Assembly: GCA_002269645.1 (NCBI GenBank)
Contig: NIVC01000825.1
Location: forward strand, 248,001-312,000
DNA length: 64,000 nucleotides
Direction: 5' to 3'
Origin: Macrostomum lignano
Lineage: Eukaryota
Positions 1 to 11,790 of the stretch are shown one piece after another. How positions within the stretch are numbered: position 1 is the first letter of the stretch; each line of letters opens with the position of its first letter. The notes beneath the pieces are model-generated. The model was not told the DNA's origin. It was given only the letters and a program-made list of their open reading frames with translations, and ran no database searches. Made by a program: the position numbers and the translations under genes.

Positions 1-760
1 CACTCCGGCTCAGTCCCGGGCGTCAAGCCAAGCCAGGTGTCAAACCAGTCGGTCACGTGCATCGGCCGAGCCGCGACCCGTCAAAGGCCACCACGCTGCT
101 TCTTCGTTGCCAAGTCCTTCGTACGCCCGTTTCGTTCATCGTTGACACCGGCGCCGAACGGTCGCTTCTTCCTTTGCAGTTTGTTCCTCAAAATCTACTC
201 GGCATTCACCACATCCGCACTTCAGCCTATAATCCGAGAGCTAACGGTATCATCAAACGTGCACACCGGACGCTAAAGATCGGTTTGAAGGCGCGCGGCA
301 AAAACTGGCTGCAGCAGCTGCCCGTCGTGCTCCTGGGCATGCGCATTTTCCCAGACGAGTCAGGTGCCTCACCGTTCTCCGTTGTTACGGGTGAGCAACC
401 GCTGGTCCCACCGGTCGTCACGACACGTCTGCGCTCAAGGAGCTCTCGACTAGTCTACACCAGCTTTTTTCCCATACCGGCAGCCGAGAACGCGCGAGAT
501 AGCCGTGCATTTGCCAGCCGCGCTGAGTTCGTGCACACACGTCTGGCTACGGTTGGACCGTGTGCGACGACCCCTGGAGGCTCCTTACCAAGGCCCGTAC
601 GCTGTGCTAGACAGGCACGACACCACAATAACACCCCAGATCAACGGCAAGCCTACCGTAGTGTCTATCGATCGTGTAAAGCCCGCCACCCTGCCAACAG
701 CCCATCAAGAGCAGCCAGCAGCTACACCGGCCCCGCCAAGCGACGCTCCGTAGGCCACCT
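1..760 (+). mobile_element. Ty3/Gypsy pol remnant: aspartic protease joined by an internal deletion to the integrase C-terminal half
   Basis: ORF 57-764 has SFIVDTGAERSLLP (protease DTG), then directly LGIHHIRTSAYNPRANGIIKRAHRTLK (integrase core, catalytic E changed to K). A second frame (505-753) has PYQGPYAVL...VSIDRVKPA (GPY/F motif). RT and RNase H are absent. Confidence 0.88.
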
Positions 761-1377
761 ATAGTTACTACGATCTGTCTCGTCAAAATCTTTATAACAG
801 ATTCAAAAGATGAAACTATTTTATAGCATGGCAACCTTAATCTAAAGACAATTAGAATATTTCTGTCCAATATTCAATATGGATTGAATTCACGTATAGG
901 ATATCTGTATCGAGGAATTTATTTGGAGTTCCGAAAAACTTCCAATTCACCATGTTCATTCTTCCAATAAAAATACATAATCTTGTAACTAATTATAGCA
1001 TATTCTATTCTATATAACTGCTATTTTGCAGTTATTGCAGTTATTACTTACCCTTGCTGGAATCCTGAGTTTTCAAAATAAAAAACTACAAAGCGTCCCG
1101 CAAATTGTATTGAAATCAGTAGCTCAGGATCTCAGACTCTACATATCCGAGATCCCCTCAAGCTGCAGCCTGTACCTGCTTCTGGTTTGGGCCAAATACT
1201 ATATGGCTCTGGGACTGTGGCGCTTTGGTTTTATGTCTATGTCAAGGTTGATCGGTGCGAATTTGCTGACAATAAAGTGCATAGATTTTTTTCCAAAAGA
1301 GTTGAACCATAGAGGCAGAAATAAAATGAGAAAGGCATGCATCATTTCATATAATAGATATCGATGCATGCAATATA

Positions 1378-2080
1378 CCTTTTTACGTTCTATTTGATAA
1401 AAACTGCAACCAATTTGGCCACGGCTCAGCCTGACCATAGACATAGAATTTTCCATAGACAGCCACCGCTAGCGGCAACCAATTTGGTAAAAACTGCGAG
1501 CTATTTTGCCAGCTTGAAGATAGCAGCTGCTCTGATGGCGAATCGTGGGCCGTACCAAAAGATAAGTCAGCTGGATCGAGAGCGAATCGTGAGAGCGTAC
1601 AGGAGTGGCGACGACTGGGGAGAGCTTGGCAGAATGATGGGGATGAAGAAACCGACAGTGAGGAACATCGTGACCACGTATGAACGAACTGGTAGAGTTG
1701 GCACTCTGCCAAAAGGAGGAGTGAAGAGGATGGCGCTGACGGAGGCTATGGTGGACACCATTGTTCAATTCGTCGAAGGTCAACCTACTGCCTCTCACGC
1801 CTCTCAAGTGCCTGCGCTGGATCAACCATTCCCAGACGTACTTCAATCGGTGCTTGAATGCTGAGGACATAATGTTCTGACTTCGTGCATGTATTGTTAA
1901 CATTCTTTATCGTTATTGTTATGCTATTGAGCTGCTATCTTCAAGCTGGCAAAATAGCTCGCAGTTTTTACCAAATTGGTTGCCGCTAGCGGTGGCTGTC
2001 TATGGAAAATTGCTGCGGCTGCGTCAGGCTGAGCCGTGGCCAAATTGGTTGCAGTTTTTATCAAATAGAACGTAAAAAGG
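1378..2080 (+). mobile_element. Non-autonomous Tc1/IS630-like DNA transposon with ~151-bp TIRs
   Basis: 1378-1528 and 1930-2080 are reverse complements except for one 12-nt block. The termini lie in TA-containing context. The interior encodes transposase N- and C-terminal pieces. Confidence 0.9.
1535..1880 (+). pseudogene. Internally deleted Tc1/IS630-like transposase
   Basis: HTH region MANRGPYQKISQLDRERIV...TVRNIVTTYERTGRV...GG...LTEAMVDTIVQFV, then in another frame the C-terminal LKCLRWINHSQTYFNRCLNAEDIMF*. The DDE domain is missing. Confidence 0.82.
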
Positions 2081-2264
2081 AATATTTTTTAGATATAAAA
2101 TACCTTGAGCTCAGTACTAGAAAAGTAAGTTTGATTATATAGTTAGCACTCGGGGTTTACCATATCACTATATAGTAAAGAAATGAAATCGATGTCGTCA
2201 AGTGCCACGTATTTAAACCCTTCCATGAGTGATTTTAGTCAAACGTGAATTTTATTTAGGCATC

Positions 2265-3170
2265 ATGTCGGCAGCTGCAGGCATTCGCAGAGCCACTATC
2301 TCTGAGCAGGATCGGCGAAGACTCATCGACGCCTTTATTGGCAATGCCGATTGGCAGCAACTAGCGATACAGCTAAACATCCCACGTCAGTCTGCCAGAA
2401 ATCGTTAAATACGAGTATGAGCAAAGTGGACGCGTTCAGGCCTCGAGACGAGGAGGAAATAAACCAAAAGCTTTAACTGAAGCTATGCTCGACAGGCTTG
2501 TTGAATTTGTCAGTGAAACGCCATGGCATGCGGTAACGCTTGATTGTGTTGTTCCCAGACTGGCAAGCAACAATGCACCATGACTTAATAAATGTTACTA
2601 AAGACGGATTTAGAGGAACTTGACTAAATTGATTTCATTTCTTTACGATAGTCTATGGTAAACCCCGAGTGCGGACTAAATCAAACTCACTTTTCTAGGA
2701 CTGAGCTTAGCCAAAGACTAAATAAACTTCACTTATGTCCAAAAAATGTTAAAAGGTATATTCCTTTTTGCGGCCTAGTTGGTACTGCAAGCTTTCAATT
2801 TAATCATGGATACGGAAATCAGGCTTGCGAGACTGAAAATTTTCTGTCTATGGTCGACACTCGCTGGCATAGCGGAGTTCAATTTAATCCTGGGGGCATC
2901 AATTTGATCATTCTATGCATTCAATGCAAATTTTTACTGTTAGCGAAACCTGTTTTTAACTTGTTTTTACATCATATGATCTTCGGAGAGACTATGACGT
3001 CAGTCAGGTTCCAGACGTTCATCAATGATCTCTGGTGCAAAGCGACGAGTCGTGGTGATGTACCTGATGGCGAGGAGTCTGTGTGATCATGGATGACGCC
3101 CGTTTTCATCATGGAGTGACAATCCCAGATCAATTTCAGCCCGCTTGGCGCCTGGTGACATTGCCCGAAA
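2265..3170 (+). pseudogene. Second decayed Tc1/IS630-like transposase (HTH plus DDE fragments)
   Basis: MSAAAGIRRATISEQDRRRLIDAF...(frameshift)...EQSGRVQASRRGGNKPKALTEAMLDRLVEFV, paralogous to the element at 1535. Later FGETMTSVRFQTFINDL...(frameshift)CVIMDDARFHHG...LVTLP matches the second-Asp motif. Confidence 0.75.
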
Positions 3171-3417
3171 TATTTGTTCATGGCAATGACCTCCGGACAA
3201 TGACCGGCCATTTTCTGGAGGTAAAATAACAAGACTGGACAACAATACCATAGGCGAAAAAAGTAACACGAAGCGTGAAATTCTTATATTTATTGAAGTC
3301 CAACAAAAAATGTTCCAACAATAACACTGCTTAGTCAATTGAGTGCAAGTCTAACCTATGGTCATGTTCTCATCACGACAGCAGGAGAAAGTCCAGAAAA
3401 TACGACGGTTGAGTCCA

Positions 3418-4601
3418 TTACTCAAATTTGCAACCATTGAATGAACAGTTGTGGAAACTGTACCTGACCGACGGATTGTCATGACTGATGCCGGTGATCT
3501 GCACGGAAGACGACACAGGTACTGGCACCGGTGAACTCTCACGCAATGGAGTCGCAACAGCTTGTGAAGAACCATTCAAATCAAGTGCCATAGAAACAGC
3601 CTCACTGGTAGACTGCAGCGAGCGATCACGGCGCTTGGACAGGTAACGGCGAGTTGTCCTCTCAGAAACCTGACCGGTTATCGACATGATGTCAGCCAGG
3701 TTGTACCCAGCAGCCTCTAGATCAGCAATCCTGCTCACTCTACAACAGAAATAAAGTATTGCATAGAAAATATGCAACTGGTTTAAAGCAATATGAAGAA
3801 AAAGGCTTACCGAATGCAATGATTCGTGTACATCTTGGACAAACCGGCCTTCTCGCTCAAGTTTCGCATGAAACGCAGGAAGTAGTTCTCCCCACGATTC
3901 TGCTTTGTTGAGAACATAGGCTGTCCATTGGAATCCGTGTTGGATAGTGGACGCGGGAACAGATGGTTGTCCTTGGTTGTTGGAGGTAGCAGTTGTAGAT
4001 ATCTCCTCACTTTGGCCGTGTCGTAGATCCGAGCTTGTTTGTTGTCCGGCCTGGCCTTCGCCTTCACAGGATCGGCTGACTTATTCTTCGTTGGCAGAGC
4101 AGGAAGACAGTAGTACTCCTTGCCGTCAGAATCCGTGTGCAATTCAAGCGAGTCCCTTTGTCTCAGGAACTTCAGATGCTCCTGGCCACGCTCTCCAAAG
4201 GAGTAAAGAACATAGAACAGAAATTTAGCCTGCTCGATTTCAGCCGTAGTCCCTTCAAAGTAGCACCGCAACTTCTGCATGTCGCCTTCTTCAATTGGTT
4301 CATACTGCCTGGTGCAGCCACCATCTCGATGGAAATCACGAACCTTGACACGCAGCATCTCGTTGCAGGAATTGAATTCCTCACCACCGATTATATCGAC
4401 AGGCAGCTTCAGAACCATGCGTAGGAAACGCTGAATTCCAGCCCGGATACAGATGAGAGAGGCCGGCGAGTAGAACGAGCCATCCTGTTTCTTCAGCTTG
4501 AAGTAGAAGTACCGAAGATATTGGTTCAATGTAGGATTGTTGACATGCTGAATGTTGCGTGTATAAATTTTAGCCATAGAGTTGATAGATTGTTGTGTCA
4601 T
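3418..4601 (-). CDS. Crypton-type tyrosine recombinase (DUF3504 / KCTD1-15-like), two exons: 4601-3811 and 3739-3418
   Basis: Motifs YFYFKLKKQDGSFYSPASL, FGERGQE (R), TKN (K), TNHCIR (HxxR), ITGQ and RRY (Y), with a C-terminal FHNCSFNGCKF. A 71-bp GT-AG intron (3810-3740) joins CG and A to restore the Arg codon in frame. An upstream exon cannot be excluded. Confidence 0.88.
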
Positions 4602-7600
4602 AATTATGTGAGAAAAAAGAAAATAAAACTCTAAGTTTCGAGAATACAATTCACGTGTGCATGATTAATTAACAGGATTTCAATGTTTCTAAATATGGCC
4701 AGCTCTTACATTTAAGCTTGTAAGAATCTTTGACAATCTTGAAAAAATCTTGCAAGATCTGGTAGGATCTTGAAAGATAATCAAAATCTAAGATCCAACA
4801 ATCTTGGAAGAATTCTAAAATTCAATGATCGTTATTCCTTATATAGGGTTGCATGCAGATTTGCCATGATCAACATTTTATAAGATGATAAAGCAAAAAG
4901 TAAAGAACCTCAATCAATAGTTTTTTTTTACAATGATGTAAATTTCATGCGCTCAATACGTACTTTCTACGAGTATGATTTCTAATGTTATATGTACCTA
5001 GTAGCTTTCTGTAACTCATAAAAACAACAACAAAACAAAATACGCGTAAAGTCACAGTTAGAGAGCAGGGCTTATGAACTCAGTCTATCGATCCTACGGC
5101 TTTTGATAATAGTAATTTCTGTCATCTGTGGTATTTCAGTTTTAATAGTGGCTAAATACTGACACATGTACACCGCTTGTCAGAAAATCACGGAAAGACG
5201 CTGCTCAAGGACTGATAAGTATGATCAACACTGCATGTTAAATTCGTGCGTGCATTCATCGATGAAAATTAGCTCTTTAGAGTTGCCCTTGCTTTCTAAC
5301 TGATGATTGCATGGGGTCACTGTGAGGACAGGAACGAAGCTGGGGTGTCGCAGCGGTGATAGTGCTTTTGATGGCAGGATTACGAGTGTTTAAAAATATA
5401 TATTAGATTGATAAAAACTTGAGGACCATTGGAGTGGTCATACTTTTAGTATTATGCCGATTATATGCTTTCGAATCATTCATTAGTTATACTATGTTGA
5501 GTGATTCAAATCTTAAAATGAATGAACGCCGGTCTCCGGAGCTAGTAGTACTCGCTATAAAATTGGTGCTCAACTAAAGTTTTTTCATCATGCCCACGCA
5601 CCTCGCCTTGTACTCTGTCATAAATAACCAACCATGACTATCACTGTTGTATAAGTTTGATTATAGGTTTTTAAATGATTAGAAATGAAGCTTGAAGTAC
5701 GCCTTAGAGCCCTTAGGCCCTTTGTTTAGGACTAGGTGCCAAACGCTATCTTATTTGTAGGCCTAGCCGCCTAGGCCTATCTAGGACTAAAGGCCTAGTC
5801 GCACTCATGCGATTGTATTTTAAATGTCAAATGTGCTATATTTATGATTATGATTATGACCTGGGTTTATTTCGCCAGAGAAAAGGTGCGAAATCGCGCC
5901 TTGTACCAAATTTCAGGGTGCGATTTTATAAGGCTCATAGTGCAATCTCTTTTAGGCCTACTTAAAAACTAGGATTATTGACACATCTACATATCTAGCT
6001 GTCCTGTAGTTTCGCATGTTAAATTAAAATTAGGGCCTATTTATGTTGAAAATAATAACTGTTAAGTAACTTTGTGATTTGTAGGCCTTAGTGACATAAT
6101 AAAGGGATAACAGGGAAGCAACTATGAACTATCTAGTTTTGTTATGCCTAGGCCTAGTCTACAGTTAATAGGGCCTAATAATTTGACACCCAGTACAGTG
6201 TAGAGGAAGTTCCCTAAGGCCTTGTTTGGGAAGAGACATAGGCAGAGATACTCCTATAAGTGTGACTCAATTTATCAAATAGGCCTAGTCCATTGGATAA
6301 TATATTTATCTATTGGATAGGCCCTATCTATTGGAATATATAAATACTTAATCAAAACAAAATTTTATAGCTTGCTACAATATAAACAAACAAGGTTTTC
6401 TTATTGTCCTTAGGCTCAGAGTCCAAATTTATAGTGACAGCCCTCAGCCCTGATAGGTGATTGCTTGCTCATTGTTAAACAGCTTCTCACTTCCTATAGA
6501 AATAAAGTAGGGCCTAGGCCCTCCTATAATGGCTATTTATATATGTGCAGGGCCCTTCCCAATTCTTTTATTATAAAATTGATAACTGTATAACTCATTT
6601 TGAATGTGTGCCAAATCTAGGAAAACACATTTATTATAAAATATAATACATATATTTTCATAATAGTGTTCCGCCGTTAAGAGGGTCCATGTACCAGGTT
6701 AATAATACAGTTTACTAAAAGTATCTTTGTTTTACTCTACCTGTTTCTAATATTCTTTTCAATTTTTAACATTAATAATTAGGTGGGGGGAAGATTTAAT
6801 ATTTGAAAGTTGGTAAGTTTTAAAACTTGGGTTTCTTCAAAACTGAACGGCGTTGAGTTCGCACAAATTAAATCCAGAAAATCGTGTAGACAAATCACAA
6901 CAAATTTTCTCTTTTGTTACTCCGACTGCCAGGTTCCTCAAATCCAAGGGGAGGGTAGTCGTAATTGTAGCAGAGTGGTCATAAGAGCGGAACAGTCATT
7001 CAGATGATAGACACCGTAGATTTTGAATTAGATGTTGAATTCGCTGAATTGCTTACTTTCAGTAGGGTAGAGCTGCCACCACCATAATTTACGTATTACG
7101 GAACGTTGAAGTCTCAGACTTTCTTTGAGTTGAGAACTTGGTTGTGTTACGCCCCATGGGCAAATGACTTAATATAGACTAACAAGGCTTCAGTTAATTG
7201 ATAAGAAAATTAAACAGCACTTATTAAGGTTTATTAAGTTTAATGGCAAGTAAATTTTAATGGTTGGCATAGGATGGTATCTAGTAATTATTAATGCGAC
7301 AGAGAGCTAAATTTGGAACAGCGAGACTGAACCAGCATGCCAGGGTGCTAAATTATTACCACAAAATCCAAAGCTTATTAATGAATGGATAAACAAAGTT
7401 TCCAAAGTATAGAAAGGTAGAAGCAATAGATTGAGAAAGGAAAAGTTAAAAGGGAAAGTGGAAAAGCAAGAGCAAAAGAGAAAGAGAGAAAGCATGGTTG
7501 AACACTAAAATTTTGCATACATTAAATATTGAGCCAAATTGTATGGGCATCAATTGGGATAAGCAAAGGCCAACACTGGGGCCATAACCGGAATTCAACA

Positions 7601-7848
7601 GTGGTACATTGATTGGCACAACAAAATAATAGACAAAAATTAGACACAAGTAAATGAGAGCATGGGGGTCGGGCCACAAAGGGGGACCCCAGACGGGAAA
7701 GAACAGACCACACAAGGGTGCAACAGTGGGACCAACCAAAGGGGCAAACCTGGGAACAGGAAATGGCTGGACTACTTCATTTGCACCTCATGGTGGACAA
7801 AGTGGGCCAAACCCAGGGACAAACACAAAAAAAACACCATGGTAGCCT

Positions 7849-9381
7849 GGCGCATGACCAAGATGGCCACACACCAAGATGGCCACAGCTCTGAATGGCT
7901 GCTTGGATAGGAGTAGGTCTATATATTTCCTCATTTCCTATTGGCTGTGATTGGGGTGGGGTATGACGTAGCTTCAAGTCTCGGAGAAAACAGATTTCGT
8001 TAGTGAAATTAGACTAAGTAAAACAAAGAACACTTCCCTTTACAGCAGGTATTACTACCTACTAAAGCTAGTAGCACTACTAGCACAAGACATTTGATTT
8101 TTGTATCATAGATAATAGTTTCAAACCTATCTCAATATACTAAAACTGACGGGTGTGCTTGAGTGTAACAATCCGTGAGGCATCACCACCACTAGGGGAG
8201 CAGTGTGAGGACTGTTTGACCATAAATTAACTCTTTGCTCATTCAAGCTTGAATTGACAGCAACCCCGCCTACCTTTTGTATTCAACTCAAACAACAGAA
8301 TACGGCTCGTATGTGAACTCAATAGAAGTGGAAATCAAAAATAAAAAAACTGTATCAGTTGCCACCCATTCACGATATTTCATATTATTTCTTGATACCA
8401 ACGGTGCAGCGATATTACATGTTGCCATTTCGCCGCGTTTTTTCATCCATCAGATGGCCAAGGTCTCATTGGGCATACTGCACTAGAAGGTCTTTTCCAT
8501 GACTGCATCCTGCACCTGTAAGAATCTCAAAGGGCTGGGGAGTTGGGCTGCGGGGCGGTGCAAGCTCTGCTGGAGGAATTTGAATGGATTCTTCCAGAGC
8601 TGGATCAGGGTCATTGAAATCTAGATACTGGTAAAGAAAGTTTTCAGCTTGTGCCAGAATCAAATGAACTGGTCCTGGATTTTCAGCAGGCAGAGGAACA
8701 GCCGCTGGTCCAGAATTCGGGGCTTGTACATGTACCACTGCAGCATCTGCAGCTTGAGACACTGCTAAGTTACCTGCAGGAGCCCGTCTGTTGCATTGAT
8801 TGCAAAGCCAGAAAAACTCACCAACATTTCTCATTGCAGAATATTGATCGATTGTGACGCGACTATCACATGCATGGTGCTGCCAATTCAAGCATTGAGA
8901 ACACTCAATTGCATCTTGTCCATTGTAAACTGGCTGCAGACAGACCACACATGGATATGCGCCAGCCATTTTATATCTAAGTGCTTAGACTGCTGTCAGT
9001 GAATGAGACAGATGAATTTTGAACAGGGCATGAAATTTACCCAGTTTTTATCCCTTTAAACAAGTAAATTAGTCTCGACCAATAAGAGAAATGGAAAAAA
9101 GCTACACCAGATTTTATATGAAGAAGAGATTTGTTTAATGCGAAATACGTTTACACCTCTTAGGGCCCTACTATAAGTAGGAAATTAAGACTCATAACCA
9201 TTTTTGTCTTTAGCCCTGCAATATGCAGCTAATAAAATTTTGACTGCCTGTCTAAACCTCCCCCCATTGCAACCCCACATCTCCCCACCCGAAGCTATCC
9301 AATAGTAAACCAGCTGTCATTTTCCGTGACCCCCACCCCAGCTGTGGCCATCTTGGTGTGTGACCATCTTGGTCTTACACC
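7849..9381 (-). mobile_element. Non-autonomous TIR DNA transposon (probably Mutator-like) with PHD finger and degenerate FLYWCH
   Basis: 8-bp TSD GGTAGCCT at 7841-7848 and 9382-9389, with the empty site visible in the other LTR. The 42-bp TIRs start with GG and contain tandem CCAAGATGGCCACA motifs. Confidence 0.9.
8466..8969 (-). pseudogene. PHD zinc finger plus start of a FLYWCH domain (truncated transposon protein)
   Basis: CVVC...IECSQCLNWQHHAC...WLCNQC is a C4HC3 PHD. FEILTGAGCSHGKDLLV followed, after stops, by RRNGNM*YRCTV resembles a FLYWCH start. Confidence 0.8.
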
Positions 9382-9802
9382 GGTAGCCTCACCTACCACA
9401 TGCATGGGGCAGTCACAAGAAAAATAAAGAGAGCTTAACCAGGCGTACAGCGGCGCTGGCCAGGCTTACAATGAAAGAAAGAAAAATTAATAATAATAAT
9501 AATAACAATAATACGACCAATATTAAAGAACTGCCAGGCAAAATAAACTTATTAAATATTTACACAAAAACAAACAGCGGCACAGGGCAGTCACAAAATA
9601 AACAGACAAATAATTAAAATGGTTAAACGTAAACAGGCTCCTATGCACAAAGATTACTAAAATTAAAGGTTTTCTTCACAGTTGTACTTATAAACTATTA
9701 GAACATTAGTAAAACTTAAATTTTGCCTATTAGGCTTGCTTAATAATGAAACAAAATAAGTTAAGTTGCCTGTGTAGGCTCACTTAAAATTCAGTTGCGT
9801 CC

Positions 9803-10447
9803 TTAAGCACAGCCTCCTCGACAAGCTGGTCGGCCTCGCTGAGCTCCGGCTGCCAGATCACGAGCAGGCAGGACGTTCTCATTTGCCCTCGGAGCTTGGG
9901 TGCCAGGCCAGCCTAACAGCTCGACGAGAGAACAATCAGCGCTCACGTGCAGACGCTTGGGGCGCTTTTCCAGCGCCATATCCCAAAAGGCGCGGAGGTG
10001 CAGTGTCCACCCATTCGCTAGGTGACCCGCCTCCCAGAATGCCAGCGCGAGCAGAATGGCTAGGGCAGGCCGGGAGCGTCCTCCTTGCTGGACAGAGACC
10101 TCCGCTCGCTGCAGGAATCGGTCGAGGATGTCCTGGGAAGCGCTGGGCCCGAGTCTGCGGCAGTGTGCCCGCCATGGCCCATTGATCTGCATTCAACTGC
10201 GGCGGATGGCCTGATGATAAGCTTCTTCAAGTGCTTCTGGCAGTTGGGCGTGGGCGCCGGCCATGCCGGCCTCGGCTTTGGTGCCTGCAGTAACAGCGGC
10301 TGCCTCCACCACGCTAAGCCAGGGGACCCGGGTTGGCGGCGCCTCGGGTCCGGGTGGTGGCGGAACGGCTCTAGGATAGTTGGCACCGGCTAGAGGCAAA
10401 TCAACCATGGGCACGTCTTCAATGGCATTAATCAGTAATTTGGCCAT
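9803..10447 (-). pseudogene. Additional ORF of the Gypsy element between pol and the 3' LTR, function unknown
   Basis: GC-rich, protein-like frame MAKLLINAIEDVPMVDLP...EALEEAYHQAIRR...QDILDRFLQRAEV...ALAILLALAFWEAG in AT-rich surroundings. It has one in-frame stop or two compensating frameshifts near 10195-10140. Confidence 0.6.
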
Positions 10448-11447
10448 GTCGTAGCGTCTCAGTTGACAATTGAGAAAATCAAATTGCAAGAATAACAGTT
10501 GCTCGGAGAAAATGCAGTTTGCACAGAGGCTGATGAATAAAATTCGCAAAGCTGAGCCAAGCGCGGGGCCATCACTTAAATACAAAGTTTTGGGCCATTC
10601 AATGGTCAAAATGGGCCAAAAATAGAAAATTAGTCATCCCGCATGTACTCTAACTGAGGGCACGCTTGGAAAGGGGTGGAGAGTGAAATCAAGGAGCAAT
10701 AAAATGATAACCGCATGGCATGGGGTTTAGAATCACCTTGCCCGGGCCAGGCTGAATTGATTGAAATGGGGGGTGTCCAAATGGCTCACATTAAATGGGT
10801 TAGCGAAAAAAGGAGCCTTCAGTATAAACACAGGTTTAAAAAATAATAGTAAGAGGCAGTTTCGCAGGCTCCTCCTTACTAAAGGTTTAGTAACAGAATA
10901 GATAGGTTAGCAAAGAAATGCTTAGTGTAGATTCTCAACAAGGAGTTACAAAAGGTAAGCAGAGGCTCTGGGAACTGGGTTGGGATTCATGGCCCCTACA
11001 AATTTTCCCAGGCTCAACTGCACAGAACAAAGATTCGAGGCAAAGATTCACCTCAAATGCCACTGGACTTGAGGACAAGGCCTAGACAGCTATGGCTTGA
11101 CCTCAACCAGCCGGACAAGAGTAAAGCAGACAAAATTACCAAATTGAGAGAAAATTTACCTTCAGCTCAATAATTTGGGAGCTAAAAGGTTTACAAATTA
11201 AATTGTTAAACAATGAAAAAGGGGCTTTCAGCACATTTAGGCAAGTGCTTTCAAGCGTACACATTATAGGGAACTATTGCAACGCAGAAACATTCGAGTA
11301 GAACATATCGCATATTAATGAGTATGGTCGCAGATAGTGCGGGCTTTTACCAAAAAGCCTAAGGATAAATATGCACGTAGAGGTGCGGGCTTATAGTATC
11401 ACATTGGATAAATACTGGCTTAACTATACATGAGCATCAGATGTACA

Positions 11448-11638
11448 CTTGCTTTTATCCCTCAAGCATAAGGAAAAATTGAAAAATTAGAAAATTAATG
11501 TTGCTTTTATCCCTCGAGCATAAGGAAAGTACATTAATAGTTGCTTTTGCCCTCAAGCATAAGGAAAATTGAAAAATTAGAAAATTAATGTTGCTTTTAT
11601 CCCTAAAGCATAAGGAAAATTGAAAATTAGAAAATTAA
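11448..11638. repeat. ~50-bp tandem repeat x4 inside the retrotransposon
   Basis: TTGCTTTTATCCCTCAAGCATAAGGAAAATTGAAAAATTAGAAAATTAAT units, one of them shortened. Confidence 0.85.
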
Positions 11639-11790
11639 CAGAGATTAAAAGACTTTTAGCACATGACAGGTGTAGAGACAGCTTACAGTGGCAGTTAAAT
11701 TTGGAATGCGTTCACAGGGTTGACTACTGTTAGTAATGTGCAGACAAAATTTAGCAAGATTTGCGCAGTTAAAATTCGCAGTTAATTACC

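Larger units (their letters stand above)
6783..9400 (-). repeat. 3' LTR, interrupted by a 1533-bp TIR element
   Basis: 6783-7848 plus 9390-9400 align with 17605-18671 at roughly 90% identity by eye. It begins TGTGGTAGG on the minus strand at 9400; the terminal CA is altered. Confidence 0.93.

Noticed and set aside
6775-6782. ATAATTAG versus ATAACTAC (18672-18679) as the LTR element TSD
   Set aside because: Two mismatches in 8 nt of AT-rich sequence, and Gypsy TSDs are normally 4-6 bp.
7307-7977. Short ORFs duplicated at 18170-18727
   Set aside because: They lie inside the LTRs, show no domain motifs, and indels between the two LTRs change their frames.
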